In this document: positions 39,001-53,423 of the stretch, piece after piece
How positions within the stretch are numbered: the stretch's first letter is position 1
How the letters are laid out: each line of letters begins with the position of its first letter
DNA from: Auanema rhodensis
Taxonomy: Eukaryota; Animalia; Nematoda
DNA: 64,000 nucleotides
Direction: 5' to 3'
NCBI GenBank assembly: GCA_964057225.1
Contig: OZ059895.1
Location: forward strand, 6,882,001 to 6,946,000
The notes under the pieces: generated by a model
Told to the model about the DNA's origin: nothing
Databases searched by the model: none
Seen by the model: only the letters and a program-made list of their open reading frames with translations
Program-made: the position numbers and the translations under genes

Positions 39001-40824
39001 AAATTTTGGAAAGCTCACTATATGTGAGCAACATTGATATTTCATCTCTCTGAAGATTCGGAAGCTTGTCTATCTCTTTACCGGAAACTTTTATTGTTCA
39101 GACAATCTCAGTCTAGAGTTTTGAATGTTCTTCTGAACAGGAATACGGTGCACGTGCCATTTGCCTTGGGGTATTCAACTTCATTTTTGGTTTAATTACC
39201 CAAGTTTGAGGTACTTTGATGATTCAACAAGGGTTACACCTGATGTTGAACTAAATTTTGGAAAGCTCACTATATGTGAGCAACATTGATATTTCATCTC
39301 TCTGAAGATTCGGAAGCTTGTCTATCTCTTTACCGGAAACTTTTATTGTTCAGACAATCTCAGTCTAGAGTTTTGAAGGTTCTTCTGAACAGGAATACGG
39401 TGCACGTGTCATTTGCCTTGGGGTATTCAACTTCATTTTTGGTTTAATTACCCAAGTTTGAGGTACTTTGATGATTCAACAAGGGTTACACCTGATGTTG
39501 AACTAATTTTTGGAAAGCTCACTATATGTGAGCAACATTGATATTTCATCTCTCTGAAGATTCGGAAGCTTGTCTATCTCTTTACCGGAAACTTTTATTG
39601 TTCAGACAATCTCAGTCTAGAGTTTTGAATGTTCTTCTGAACAGGAATACGGTGCACGTGCCATTTGCCTTGGGGTATTCAACTTCATTTTTGGTTTAAT
39701 TACCCAAGTTTGAGGTACTTTGATGATTCAACAAGGGTTACACCTGATGTTGAACTAAATTTTGGAAAGCTCACTATATGTGAGCAACATTGATATTTCA
39801 TCTCTCTGAAGATTCGGAAGCTTGTCTATCTCTTGACCGGAAATGGTTATTGTTCAGACAATCTCAGTCTAGAGTTTTGAATGTTCTTCTGAACAGGAAT
39901 ACGGTGCACGTGCCATTTGCCTTGGGGTATTCAACTTCATTTTTGGTTTAATTACCCAAGTTTGAGGTACTTTGATGATTCAACAAGGGTTACACCTGAT
40001 GTTGAACTAAATTTTGGAAAGCTCACTATATGTGAGCAACATTGATATTTCATCTCTCTGAACATTCGGAAGCTTGTCTATCTCTTTACCGGAAACTTTT
40101 ATTGTTCAGACAATCTCAGTCTAGAGTTTTGAATGTTCTTCTGAACAGGAATACGGTGCACGTGCCATTTGCCTTGGGGTATTCAACTTCATTTTTGGTT
40201 TAATTACCCAAGTTTGAGGTACTTTGATGATTCAACAAGGGTTACACCTGATGTTGAACTAAATTTTGGAAAGCTCACTATATGTGAGCAACATTGATAT
40301 TTCATCTCTCTGAAGATTCGGAAGCTTGTCTATCTCTTTACCGGAAACTTTTATTGTTCAGACAATCTCAGTCTAGAGTTTTGAATGTTCTTCTGAACAG
40401 GAATACGGTGCACGTGCCATTTGCCTTGGGGTATTCAACTTCATTTTTGGTTTAATTACCCAAGTTTGAGGTACTTTGATGATTCAACAAGGGTTACACC
40501 TGATGTTGAACTAAATTTTGGAAAGCTCACTATATGTGAGCAACATTGATATTTCATCTCTCTGAAGATTCGGAAGCTTGTCTATCTCTTTACCGGAAAC
40601 TTTTATTGTTCAGACAATCTCAGTCTAGAGTTTTGAATGTTCTTCTGAACAGGAATACGGTGCACGTGCCATTTGCCTTGGGGTATTCAACTTCATTTTT
40701 GGTTTAATTACCCAAGTTTGAGGTACTTTGATGATTCAACAAGGGTTACACCTGATGTTGAACTAAATTTTGGAAAGCTCACTATATGTGAGCAACATTG
40801 ATATTTCATCTCTCTGAAGATTCG

Positions 40825-43800
40825 GAAGCTTGTCTATCTCTTTACCGGAAACTTTTATTGTTCAGACAATCTCAGTCTAGAGTTTTGAAGGTTCTTCTGA
40901 ACAGGAATACGGTGCACGTGCCATTTGCCTTGGGGTATTCAACTTCATTTTTGGTTTAATTACCCAAGTTTGAGGTACTTTGATGATTCAACAAGGGTTA
41001 CACCTGATGTTGAACTAAATTTTGGAAAGCTCACTATATGTGAGCAACATTGATATTTCATCTCTCTGAAGATTTGGAAGCTTGTCTATCTCTTGACCGG
41101 AAACTTTTATTGTTCGGACAATCTCAGTCTAGAGTTTTGAATGTTCTTCTGAACAGGAATACGGTGCACGTGCCATTTGCCTTGGGGTATTCAACTTCAT
41201 TTTTGGTTTAATTACCCAAGTTTGAGGTACTTTGATGATTCAACAAGGGTTACACCTGATGTTGAACTAAATTTTGGAAAGCTCACTATATGTGAGCAAC
41301 ATTGATATTTCATCTCTCTGAAGATTCGGAAGCTTGTCTATCTCTTTACCGGAAACTTTTATTGTTCAGACAATCTCAGTCTAGAGTTTTGAAGGTTCTT
41401 CTGAACAGGAATACGGTGCACGTGTCATTTGCCTTGGGGTATTCAACTTCATTTTGGTTTAATTACCCAAGTTTGAGGTACTTTGATGATTCAACAAGGG
41501 TTACACCTGATGTTGAACTAAATTTTGGAAAGCTCACTATATGTGAGCAACATTGATATTTCATCTCTCTGAAGATTCGGAAGCTTGTCTATCTCTTGAC
41601 CGGAAACTTTTATTGTTCAGACAATCTCAGTCTAGAGTTTTGAATGTTCTTCTGAACAGGAATACGGTGCACGTGCCATTTGCCTTGGGGTATTCAACTT
41701 CATTTTTGGTTTAATTACCCAAGTTTGAGGTACTTTGATGATTCAACAAGGGTTACACCTGATGTTGAACTAAATTTTGGAAAGCTCACTATATGTGAAC
41801 AACATTGATATTTCATCTCTCTGAAGATTCGGAAGCTTGTCTATCTCTTGACCGGAAATGGTTATTGTTCAGACAATCTCAGTCTAGAGTTTTGAATGTT
41901 CTTCTTCACAGGAATACGGTGCACGTGCCATTTGCCTTGGGGTATTCAACTTCATTTTTGGTTTAATTACCCAAGTTTGAGGTACTTTGATGATTCAACA
42001 AGGGTTACACCTGATGTTGAACTAAATTTTGGAAAGCTCACTATATGTGAGCAACATTGATATTTCATCTCTCTGAAGATTCGGAAGCTTGTCTATCTCT
42101 TGACCGGAAATGGTTATTGTTCAGACAATCTCAGTCTAGAGTTTTGAATGTTCTTCTTCACAGGAATACGGTGCACGTGCCATTTGCCTTGGGGTATTCA
42201 ACTTCATTTTTGGTTTAATTACCCAAGTTTGAGGTACTTTGATGATTCAACAAGGGTTACACCTGATGTTGAACTAAATTTTGAAAAGCTCACTATATGT
42301 GAGCAACATTGATATTTCATCTCTCTGAAGATTCGGAAGCTTGTCTATCTCTTGACCGGAAATGTTTATTGTTCAGAAAATCTCAGTTTGGAGTTTTGAA
42401 TGTTCTTCTGAACAGGAATACGGTGCACGTGCCATTTGCCTTGGGGTATTCAACTTCATTTTTGGTTTAATTACCCAAGTTTGAGGTACTTTGATGATTC
42501 AACAAGGGTTACACCTGATGTTGAACTAAATTTTGGAAAGCTCACTATATGTGAGCAACATTGATATTTCATCTCTCTGAAGATTCGGAAGCTTGTCTAT
42601 CTCTTTACCGGAAACTTTTATTGTTCAGACAATCTCAGTCTAGAGTTTTGAAGGTTCTTCTGAACAGGAATACGGTGCACGTGCCATTTGCCTTGGGGTA
42701 TTCAACTTCATTTTTGGTTTAATTACCCAAGTTTGAGGTACTTTGATGATTCAACAAGGGTTACACCTGATGTTGAACTAAATTTTGGAAAGCTCACTAT
42801 ATGTGAGCAACATTGATATTTCATCTCTCTGAAGATTTGGAAGCTTGTCTATCTCTTGACCGGAAACTTTTATTGTTCGGACAATCTCAGTCTAGAGTTT
42901 TGAATGTTCTTCTGAACAGGAATACGGTGCACGTGCCATTTGCCTTGGGGTATTCAACTTCATTTTTGGTTTAATTACCCAAGTTTGAGGTACTTTGATG
43001 ATTCAACAAGGGTTACACCTGATGTTGAACTAAATTTTGGAAAGCTCACTATATGTGAGCAACATTGATATTTCATCTCTCTGAAGATTCGGAAGCTTGT
43101 CTATCTCTTTACCGGAAACTTTTATTGTTCAGACAATCTCAGTCTAGAGTTTTGAAGGTTCTTCTGAACAGGAATACGGTGCACGTGTCATTTGCCTAGG
43201 GGTATTCAACTTCATTTTTGGTTTAATTACCCAAGTTTGAGGTACTTTGATGATTCAACAAGGGTTACACCTGATGTTGAACTAAATTTTGGAAAGCTCA
43301 CTATATGTGAGCAACATTGATATTTCATCTCTCTGAAGATTCGGAAGCTTGTCTATCTCTTGACCGGAAACTTTTATTGTTCAGACAATCTCAGTCTAGA
43401 GTTTTGAATGTTCTTCTGAACAGGAATACGGTGCACGTGCCATTTGCCTTGGGGTATTCAACTTCATTTTTGGTTTAATTACCCAAGTTTGAGGTACTTT
43501 GATGATTCAACAAGGGTTACACCTGATGTTGAACTAAATTTTGGAAAGCTCACTATATGTGAGCAACATTGATATTTCATCTCTCTGAAGATTCGGAAGC
43601 TTGTCTATCTCTTTACCGGAAACTTTTATTGTTCAGACAATCTCAGTCTAGAGTTTTGAATGTTCTTCTGAACAGGAATACGGTGCACGTGCCATTTGCC
43701 TTGGGGTATTCAACTTCATTTTTGGTTTAATTACCCAAGTTTGAGGTACTTGGATGATTCAACAAGGGTTACACCTGATGTTGAACTAAATTTTGGAAAG

Positions 43801-44855
43801 CTCACTATATGTGAGCAACATTGATATTTCATCTCTCTGAAGATTCGGAAGCTTGTCTATCTCTTGACCGGAAATGGTTATTGTTCAGACAATCTCAGTC
43901 TAGAGTTTTGAATGTTCTTCTTCACAGGAATACGGTGCACGTGCCATTTGCCTTGGGGTATTCAACTTCATTTTTGGTTTAATTACCCAAGTTTGAGGTA
44001 CTTTGATGATTCAACAAGGGTTACACCTGATGTTGAACTAAATTTTGAAAAGCTCACTATATGTGAGCAACATTGATATTTCATCTCTCTGAAGATTCGG
44101 AAGCTTGTCTATCTCTTGACCGGAAATGGTTATTGTTCAGACAATCTCAGTCTAGAGTTTTGAATGTTCTTCTTCACAGGAATACGGTGCACGTGCCATT
44201 TGCCTTGGGGTATTCAACTTCATTTTTGGTTTAATTACCCAAGTTTGAGGTACTTTGATGATTCAACAAGGGTTACACCTGATGTTGAACTAAATTTTGG
44301 AAAGCTCACTATATGTGAGCAACATTGATATTTCATCTCTCTGAAGATTCGGAAGCTTGTCTATCTCTTGACCGGAAATGGTTATTGTTCAGACAATCTC
44401 AGTCTAGAGTTTTGAATGTTCTTCTTCACAGGAATACGGTGCACGTGCCATTTGCCTTGGGGTATTCAACTTCATTTTTGGTTTAATTACCCAAGTTTGA
44501 GGTACTTTGATGATTCAACAAGGGTTACACCTGATGTTGAACTAAATTTTGAAAAGCTCACTATATGTGAGCAACATTGATATTTCATCTCTCTGAAGAT
44601 TCGGAAGCTTGTCTATCTCTTGACCGGAAATGTTTATTGTTCAGAAAATCTCAGTTTGGAGTTTTGAATGTTCTTCTGAACAGGAATACGGTGCACGTGC
44701 CATTTGCCTTGGGGTATTCAACTTCATTTTTGGTTTAATTACCCAAGTTTGAGGTACTTTGATGATTCAACAAGGGTTACACCTGATGTTGAACTAAATT
44801 TTGAAAAGCTCACTATATGTGAGCAACATTGATATTTCATCTCTCTGAAGATTCG
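40825..44855 (+). repeat. Imperfect duplication of a 7-monomer block (40825-42587 echoed from 42588, with two added monomers)
   Basis: The order GAAGG / TTCGGAC / GAAGG+GTGTCA / plain / CTTCTTCACA / CAGAAAA+GTTTGG is repeated; CAGAAAA+GTTTGG monomers start at 42336 and 44604. Confidence 0.8.
41452..41455. other. 1-bp deletion in the T5 run (251-bp monomer)
   Basis: CATTTTGG instead of CATTTTTGG; all downstream monomers shift by -1. A homopolymer sequencing error cannot be excluded. Confidence 0.85.
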
Positions 44856-47800
44856 GAAGCTTGTCTATCTCTTGACCGGAAATGGTTATTGTTCAGACAA
44901 TCTCAGTCTAGAGTTTTGAATGTTCTTCTTCACAGGAATACGGTGCACGTGCCATTTGCCTTGGGGTATTCAACTTCATTTTTGGTTTAATTACCCAAGT
45001 TTGAGGTACTTTGATGATTCAACAAGGGTTACACCTGATGTTGAACTAAATTTTGAAAAGCTCACTATATGTCAGCAACATTGATATTTCATCTCTCTGA
45101 AGATTCGGAAGCTTGTCTATCTCTTTACCGGAAACTTTTATTGTTCAGACAATCTCAGTCTAGAGTTTTGAATGTTCTTCTGAACAGGAATACGGTGCAC
45201 GTGCCATTTGCCTTGGGGTATTCAACTTCATTTTTGGTTTAATTACCCAAGTTTGAGGTACTTTGATGATTCAACAAGGGTTACACCTGATGTTGAACTA
45301 AATTTTGAAAAGCTCACTATATGTCAGCAACATTGATATTTCATCTCTCTGAAGATTCGGAAGCTTGTCTATCTCTTGACCGGAAATGGTTATTGTTCAG
45401 ACAATCTCAGTCTAGAGTTTTGAATGTTCTTCTTCACAGGAATACGGTGCACGTGCCATTTGCCTTGGGGTATTCAACTTCATTTTTGGTTTAATTACCC
45501 AAGTTTGAGGTACTTTGATGATTCAACAAGGGTTACACCTGATGTTGAACTAAATTTTGAAAAGCTCACTATATGTGAGCAACATTGATATTTCATCTCT
45601 CTGAAGATTCGGAAGCTTGTCTATCTCTTGACCGGAAATGGTTATTGTTCAGACAATCTCAGTCTAGAGTTTTGAATGTTCTTCTTCACAGGAATACGGT
45701 GCACGTGCCATTTGCCTTGGGGTATTCAACTTCATTTTTGGTTTAATTACCCAAGTTTGAGGTACTTTGATGATTCAACAAGGGTTACACCTGATGTTGA
45801 ACTAAATTTTGAAAAGCTCACTATATGTCAGCAACATTGATATTTCATCTCTCTGAAGATTCGGAAGCTTGTCTATCTCTTTACCGGAAACTTTTATTGT
45901 TCAGACAATCTCAGTCTAGAGTTTTGAATGTTCTTCTGAACAGGAATACGGTGCACGTGCCATTTGCCTTGGGGTATTCAACTTCATTTTTGGTTTAATT
46001 ACCCAAGTTTGAGGTACTTTGATGATTCAACAAGGGTTACACCTGATGTTGAACTAAATTTTGAAAAGCTCACTATATGTGAGCAACATTGATATTTCAT
46101 CTCTCTGAAGATTCGGAAGCTTGTCTATCTCTTGACCGGAAATGGTTATTGTTCAGACAATCTCAGTCTAGAGTTTTGAATGTTCTTCTTCACAGGAATA
46201 CGGTGCACGTGCCATTTGCCTTGGGGTATTCAACTTCATTTTTGGTTTAATTACCCAAGTTTGAGGTACTTTGATGATTCAACAAGGGTTACACCTGATG
46301 TTGAACTAAATTTTGAAAAGCTCACTATATGTGAGCAACATTGATATTTCATCTCTCTGAAGATTCGGAAGCTTGTCTATCTCTTGACCGGAAATGGTTA
46401 TTGTTCAGACAATCTCAGTCTAGAGTTTTGAATGTTCTTCTTCACAGGAATACGGTGCACGTGCCATTTGCCTTGGGGTATTCAACTTCATTTTTGGTTT
46501 AATTACCCAAGTTTGAGGTACTTTGATGATTCAACAAGGGTTACACCTGATGTTGAACTAAATTTTGAAAAGCTCACTATATGTCAGCAACATTGATATT
46601 TCATCTCTCTGAAGATTCGGAAGCTTGTCTATCTCTTGACCGGAAATGGTTATTGTTCAGACAATCTCAGTCTAGAGTTTTGAATGTTCTTCTTCACAGG
46701 AATACGGTGCACGTGCCATTTGCCTTGGGGTATTCAACTTCATTTTTGGTTTAATTACCCAAGTTTGAGGTACTTTGATGATTCAACAAGGGTTACACCT
46801 GATGTTGAACTAAATTTTGAAAAGCTCACTATATGTCAGCAACATTGATATTTCATCTCTCTGAAGATTCGGAAGCTTGTCTATCTCTTGACCGGAAATG
46901 GTTATTGTTCAGACAATCTCAGTCTAGAGTTTTGAATGTTCTTCTTCACAGGAATACGGTGCACGTGCCATTTGCCTTGGGGTATTCAACTTCATTTTTG
47001 GTTTAATTACCCAAGTTTGAGGTACTTTGATGATTCAACAAGGGTTACACCTGATGTTGAACTAAATTTTGAAAAGCTCACTATATGTGAGCAACATTGA
47101 TATTTCATCTCTCTGAAGATTCGGAAGCTTGTCTATCTCTTGACCGGAAATGGTTATTGTTCAGACAATCTCAGTCTAGAGTTTTGAATGTTCTTCTTCA
47201 CAGGAATACGGTGCACGTGCCATTTGCCTTGGGGTATTCAACTTCATTTTTGGTTTAATTACCCAAGTTTGAGGTACTTTGATGATTCAACAAGGGTTAC
47301 ACCTGATGTTGAACTAAATTTTGAAAAGCTCACTATATGTCAGCAACATTGATATTTCATCTCTCTGAAGATTCGGAAGCTTGTCTATCTCTTTACCGGA
47401 AACTTTTATTGTTCAGACAATCTCAGTCTAGAGTTTTGAATGTTCTTCTGAACAGGAATACGGTGCACGTGCCATTTGCCTTGGGGTATTCAACTTCATT
47501 TTTGGTTTAATTACCCAAGTTTGAGGTACTTTGATGATTCAACAAGGGTTACACCTGATGTTGAACTAAATTTTGAAAAGCTCACTATATGTGAGCAACA
47601 TTGATATTTCATCTCTCTGAAGATTCGGAAGCTTGTCTATCTCTTGACCGGAAATGTTTATTGTTCAGATAATCTCAGTCTAGAGTTTTGAATGTTCTTC
47701 TGAACAGGAATACGGTGCACGTGCCATTTGCCTTGGGGTATTCAACTTCATTTTTGGTTTAATTACCCAAGTTTGAGGTACTTTGATGATTCAACAACGG

Positions 47801-50800
47801 TTACACCTGATGTTGAACTAAATTTTGGAAAGCTCACTATATGTGAGCAACATTGATATTTCATCTCTCTGAAGATTCGGAAGCTTGTCTATCTCTTTAC
47901 CGGAAATGTTTATTGTTCAGACAATCTCAGTCTAGAGTTTTGAATGTTCTTCTGAACAGGAATACAGTGCACGTGCCATTTGCCTTGGGGTATTCAACTT
48001 CATTTTTGGTTTAATTACCCAAGTTTGAGGTACTTTGATGATTCAACAACGGTTACACCTGATGTTGAACTAAATTTTGGAAAGCTCACTATATGTGAGC
48101 AACATTGATATTTCATCTCTCTGAAGATTCGGAAGCTTGTCTATCTCTTGACCGGAAATGTTTATTGTTCAGACAATCTCAGTCTAGAGTTTTGAATGTT
48201 CTTCTGAACAGGAATACAGTGCACGTGCCATTTGCCTTGGGGTATTCAACTTCATTTTTGGTTTAATTACCCAAGTTTGAGGTACTTTGATGATTCAACA
48301 ACGGTTACACCTGATGTTGAACTAAATTTTGGAAAGCTCACTATATGTGAGCAACATTGATATTTCATCTCTCTGAAGATTCGGAAGCTTGTCTATCTCT
48401 TTACCGGAAATGTTTATTGTTCAGACAATCTCAGTCTAGAGTTTTGAATGTTCTTCTGAACAGGAATACGGTGCACGTGCCATTTGCCTTGGGGTATTCA
48501 ACTTCATTTTTGGTTTAATTACCCAAGTTTGAGGTACTTTGATGATTCAACAAAGGTTACACCTGATGTTGAACTAAATTTTGGAAAGCTCACTATATGT
48601 GAGCAACATTGATATTTCATCTCTCTGAAGATTCGGAAGCTTGTCTATCTCTTGACCGGAAATGGTTATTGTTCAGACAATCTCAGTCTAGAGTTTTGAA
48701 TGTTCTTCTGAACAGGAATACGGTGCACATGCCATTTGCCTTGGGGTATTCATCTTCATCTTTGGTTTAATTACCCAAGTTTGAGGTACTTTGATAATTC
48801 AACAACGGTTACACCTGATGTTGAACTAAATTTTGGAAAGCTCACTATATGTGAGCAACATTGATATTTCATCTCTCTGAAGATTCGGAAGCTTGTCTAT
48901 CTCTTGACCGAAAACTTTTATTGTTCAGACAATCTCAGTCTAGAGTTTTGAATGTTCTTCTGAACAGGAATACGGTGCACGTGCCATTTGCCTTGGGGTA
49001 TTCAACTTAATTTTTGGTTTAATTACCCAAGTTTGAGGTACTTTGATGATTCAACAAGGGTTACACCTGATGTTGAACTAAATTTTGGAAAGCTCACTAT
49101 ATGTGAGCAACATTGATATTTCATCTCTCTGAAGATTCGGAAGCTTGTCTATCTCTTGACCGAAAACTTTTATTGTTCAGACAATCTCAGTCTAGAGTTT
49201 TGAATGTTCTTCTGAACAGGAATACGGTGCACGTGCCATTTGCCTTGGGGTATTCAACTTCATTTTTGGTTTAATTACCCAAGTTTGAGGTACTTTGATG
49301 ATTCAACAAGGGTTACACCTGATGTTGAACTAAATTTTGGAAAGCTCACTATATGTGAGCAACATTGATATTCCATCTCTCTGAAGATTCGGAAGCTTGT
49401 CTATCTCTTGATCGGAAATGTTTATTGTTCAGACAATCTCAGTCTAGAGTTTTGAATGTTCTTCTGAACAGGAATACGGTGCACGTGCCATTTGCCTTGG
49501 GGTATTCAACTTAATTTTTGGTTTAATTACCCAAGTTTGAGGTACTTTGATGATTCAACAAGGGTTACACCTGATGTTGAACTAAATTTTGGAAAGCTCA
49601 CTATATGTGAGCAACATTGATATTCCATCTCTCTGAAGATTCGGAAGCTTGTCTATCTCTTTACCGGAAATGTTTATTGTTCAGACAATCTCAGTCTAGA
49701 GTTTTGAATGTTCTTCTGAACAGGAATACAGTGCACGTGCCATTTGCCTTGGGGTATTCAACTTCATTTTTGGTTTAATTACCCAAGTTTGAGGTACTTT
49801 GATGATTCAACAACGGTTACACCTGATGTTGAACTAAATTTTGGAAAGCTCACTATATGTGAGCAACATTGATATTTCATCTCTCTGAAGATTCGGAAGC
49901 TTGTCTATCTCTTGACCGGAAATGTTTATTGTTCAGACAATCTCAGTCTAGAGTTTTGAATGTTCTTCTGAACAGGAATACGGTGCACGTGCCATTTGCC
50001 TTGGGGTATTCAACTTAATTTTTGGTTTAATTACCCAAGTTTGAGGTACTTTGATGATTCAACAACGGTTACACCTGATGTTGAACTAAATTTTGGAAAG
50101 CTCACTATATGTGAGCAACATTGATATTTCATCTCTCTGAAGATTTGGAAGCTTGTCTATCTCTTGACCGGAAACTTTTATTGTTCGGACAATCTCAGTC
50201 TAGAGTTTTGAATGTTCTTCTGAACAGGAATACGGTGCACGTGCCATTTGCCTTGGGGTATTCAACTTCATTTTTGGTTTAATTACCCAAGTTTGAGGTA
50301 CTTTGATGATTCAACAAGGGTTACACCTGATGTTGAACTAAATTTTGGAAAGCTCACTATATGTGAGCAACATTGATATTTCATCTCTCTGAAGATTCGG
50401 AAGCTTGTCTATCTCTTTACCGGAAACTTTTATTGTTCAGACAATCTCAGTCTAGAGTTTTGAAGGTTCTTCTGAACAGGAATACGGTGCACGTGCCATT
50501 TGCCTTGGGGTATTCAACTTCATTTTTGGTTTAATTACCCAAGTTTGAGGTACTTTGATGATTCAACAAGGGTTACACCTGATGTTGAACTAAATTTTGG
50601 AAAGCTCACTATATGTGAGCAACATTGATATTTCATCTCTCTGAAGATTCGGAAGCTTGTCTATCTCTTGACCGGAAACTTTTATTGTTCAGACAATCTC
50701 AGTCTAGAGTTTTGAATGTTCTTCTGAACAGGAATACGGTGCACGTGCCATTTGCCTTGGAGTATTCAACTTCATTTTTGGTTTAATTACCCAAGTTTGA

Positions 50801-53423
50801 GGTACTTTGATGATTCAACAAGGGTTACACCTGATGTTGAACTAAATTTTGGAAAGCTCACTATATGTGAGCAACATTGATATTTCATCTCTCTGAAGAT
50901 TCGGAAGCTTGTCTATCTCTTTACCGGAAACTTTTATTGTTCAGACAATCTCAGTCTAGAGTTTTGAAGGTTCTTCTGAACAGGAATACGGTGCACGTGC
51001 CATTTGCCTTGGGGTATTCAACTTCATTTTTGGTTTAATTACCCAAGTTTGAGGTACTTTGATGATTCAACAAGGGTTACACCTGATGTTGAACTAAATT
51101 TTGGAAAGCTCACTATATGTGAGCAACATTGATATTTCATCTCTCTGAAGATTCGGAAGCTTGTCTATCTCTTGACCGGAAACTTTTATTGTTCAGACAA
51201 TCTCAGTCTAGAGTTTTGAATGTTCTTCTGAACAGGAATACGGTGCACGTGCCATTTGCCTTGGGGTATTCAACTTCATTTTTGGTTTAATTACCCAAGT
51301 TTGAGGTACTTTGATGATTCAACAAGGGTTACACCTGATGTTGAACTAAATTTTGGAAAGCTCACTATATGTGAGCAACATTGATATTTCATCTCTCTGA
51401 AGATTCGGAAGCTTGTCTATCTCTTTACCGGAAACTTTTATTGTTCAGACAATCTCAGTCTAGAGTTTTGAAGGTTCTTCTGAACAGGAATACGGTGCAC
51501 GTGTCATTTGCCTTGGGGTATTCAACTTCATTTTTGGTTTAATTACCCAAGTTTGAGGTACTTTGATGATTCAACAAGGGTTACACCTGATGTTGAACTA
51601 AATTTTGAAAAGCTCACTATATGTGAGCAACATTGATATTTCATCTCTCTGAAGATTCGGAAGCTTGTCTATCTCTTGACCGGAAATGGTTATTGTTCAG
51701 ACAATCTCAGTCTAGAGTTTTGAATGTTCTTCTTCACAGGAATACGGTGCACGTGCCATTTGCCTTGGGGTATTCAACTTCATTTTTGGTTTAATTACCC
51801 AAGTTTGAGGTACTTTGATGATTCAACAAGGGTTACACCTGATGTTGAACTAAATTTTGGAAAGCTCACTATATGTGAGCAACATTGATATTTCATCTCT
51901 CTGAAGATTCGGAAGCTTGTCTATCTCTTGACCGGAAATGGTTATTGTTCAGACAATCTCAGTCTAGAGTTTTGAATGTTCTTCTTCACAGGAATACGGT
52001 GCACGTGCCATTTGCCTTGGGGTATTCAACTTCATTTTTGGTTTAATTACCCAAGTTTGAGGTACTTTGATGATTCAACAAGGGTTACACCTGATGTTGA
52101 ACTAAATTTTGAAAAGCTCACTATATGTGAGCAACATTGATATTTCATCTCTCTGAAGATTCGGAAGCTTGTCTATCTCTTGACCGGAAATGTTTATTGT
52201 TCAGAAAATCTCAGTTTGGAGTTTTGAATGTTCTTCTGAACAGGAATACGGTGCACGTGCCATTTGCCTTGGGGTATTCAACTTCATTTTTGGTTTAATT
52301 ACCCAAGTTTGAGGTACTTTGATGATTCAACAAGGGTTACACCTGATGTTGAACTAAATTTTGAAAAGCTCACTATATGTGAGCAACATTGATATTTCAT
52401 CTCTCTGAAGATTCGGAAGCTTGTCTATCTCTTGACCGGAAATGGTTATTGTTCAGACAATCTCAGTCTAGAGTTTTGAATGTTCTTCTTCACAGGAATA
52501 CGGTGCACGTGCCATTTGCCTTGGGGTATTCAACTTCATTTTTGGTTTAATTACCCAAGTTTGAGGTACTTTGATGATTCAACAAGGGTTACACCTGATG
52601 TTGAACTAAATTTTGAAAAGCTCACTATATGTCAGCAACATTGATATTTCATCTCTCTGAAGATTCGGAAGCTTGTCTATCTCTTTACCGGAAACTTTTA
52701 TTGTTCAGACAATCTCAGTCTAGAGTTTTGAATGTTCTTCTGAACAGGAATACGGTGCACGTGCCATTTGCCTTGGGGTATTCAACTTCATTTTTGGTTT
52801 AATTACCCAAGTTTGAGGTACTTTGATGATTCAACAAGGGTTACACCTGATGTTGAACTAAATTTTGAAAAGCTCACTATATGTGAGCAACATTGATATT
52901 TCATCTCTCTGAAGATTCGGAAGCTTGTCTATCTCTTTACCGGAAACTTTTATTGTTCAGACAATCTCAGTCTAGAGTTTTGAATGTTCTTCTGAACAGG
53001 AATACGGTGCACGTGCCATTTGCCTTGGGGTATTCAACTTCATTTTTGGTTTAATTACCCAAGTTTGAGGTACTTTGATGATTCAACAAGGGTTACACCT
53101 GATGTTGAACTAAATTTTGAAAAGCTCACTATATGTGAGCAACATTGATATTTCATCTCTCTGAAGATTCGGAAGCTTGTCTATCTCTTGACCGGAAATG
53201 TTTATTGTTCAGACAATCTCAGTCTAGAGTTTTGAATGTTCTTCTGAACAGGAATACGGTGCACGTGCCATTTGCCTTGGGGTATTCAACTTCATTTTTG
53301 GTTTATTTACCCAAGTTTGAGGTACTTTGATGATTCAACAACGGTTACACCTGATGTTGAACTAAATTTTGGAAAGCTCACTATATGTGAGCAACATTGA
53401 TATTTCATCTCTCTGAAGATTCG

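Noticed and set aside
2-41455. Giant repeat protein under a TGA-recoded genetic code: 252 is divisible by 3 and frame +2 has only TGA stops (three per monomer)
   Set aside because: The + strand has only three TAA/TAG triplets per monomer, so a frame free of them is expected by chance. Many common variants are non-synonymous in that frame, the -1 and -13 indels break it, and TAC>TAG at 61894-61896 is a stop in that register.
41302-41556. 84-aa ORF as a real gene
   Set aside because: Satellite sequence opened by a single homopolymer deletion; TTG start, no recognisable domain, closed in all other monomers.
53145-53330. 61-aa ORF as a real gene
   Set aside because: Produced by one A>T change at 53306 (TAA>TAT) in one monomer; TTG start, no coding signature.
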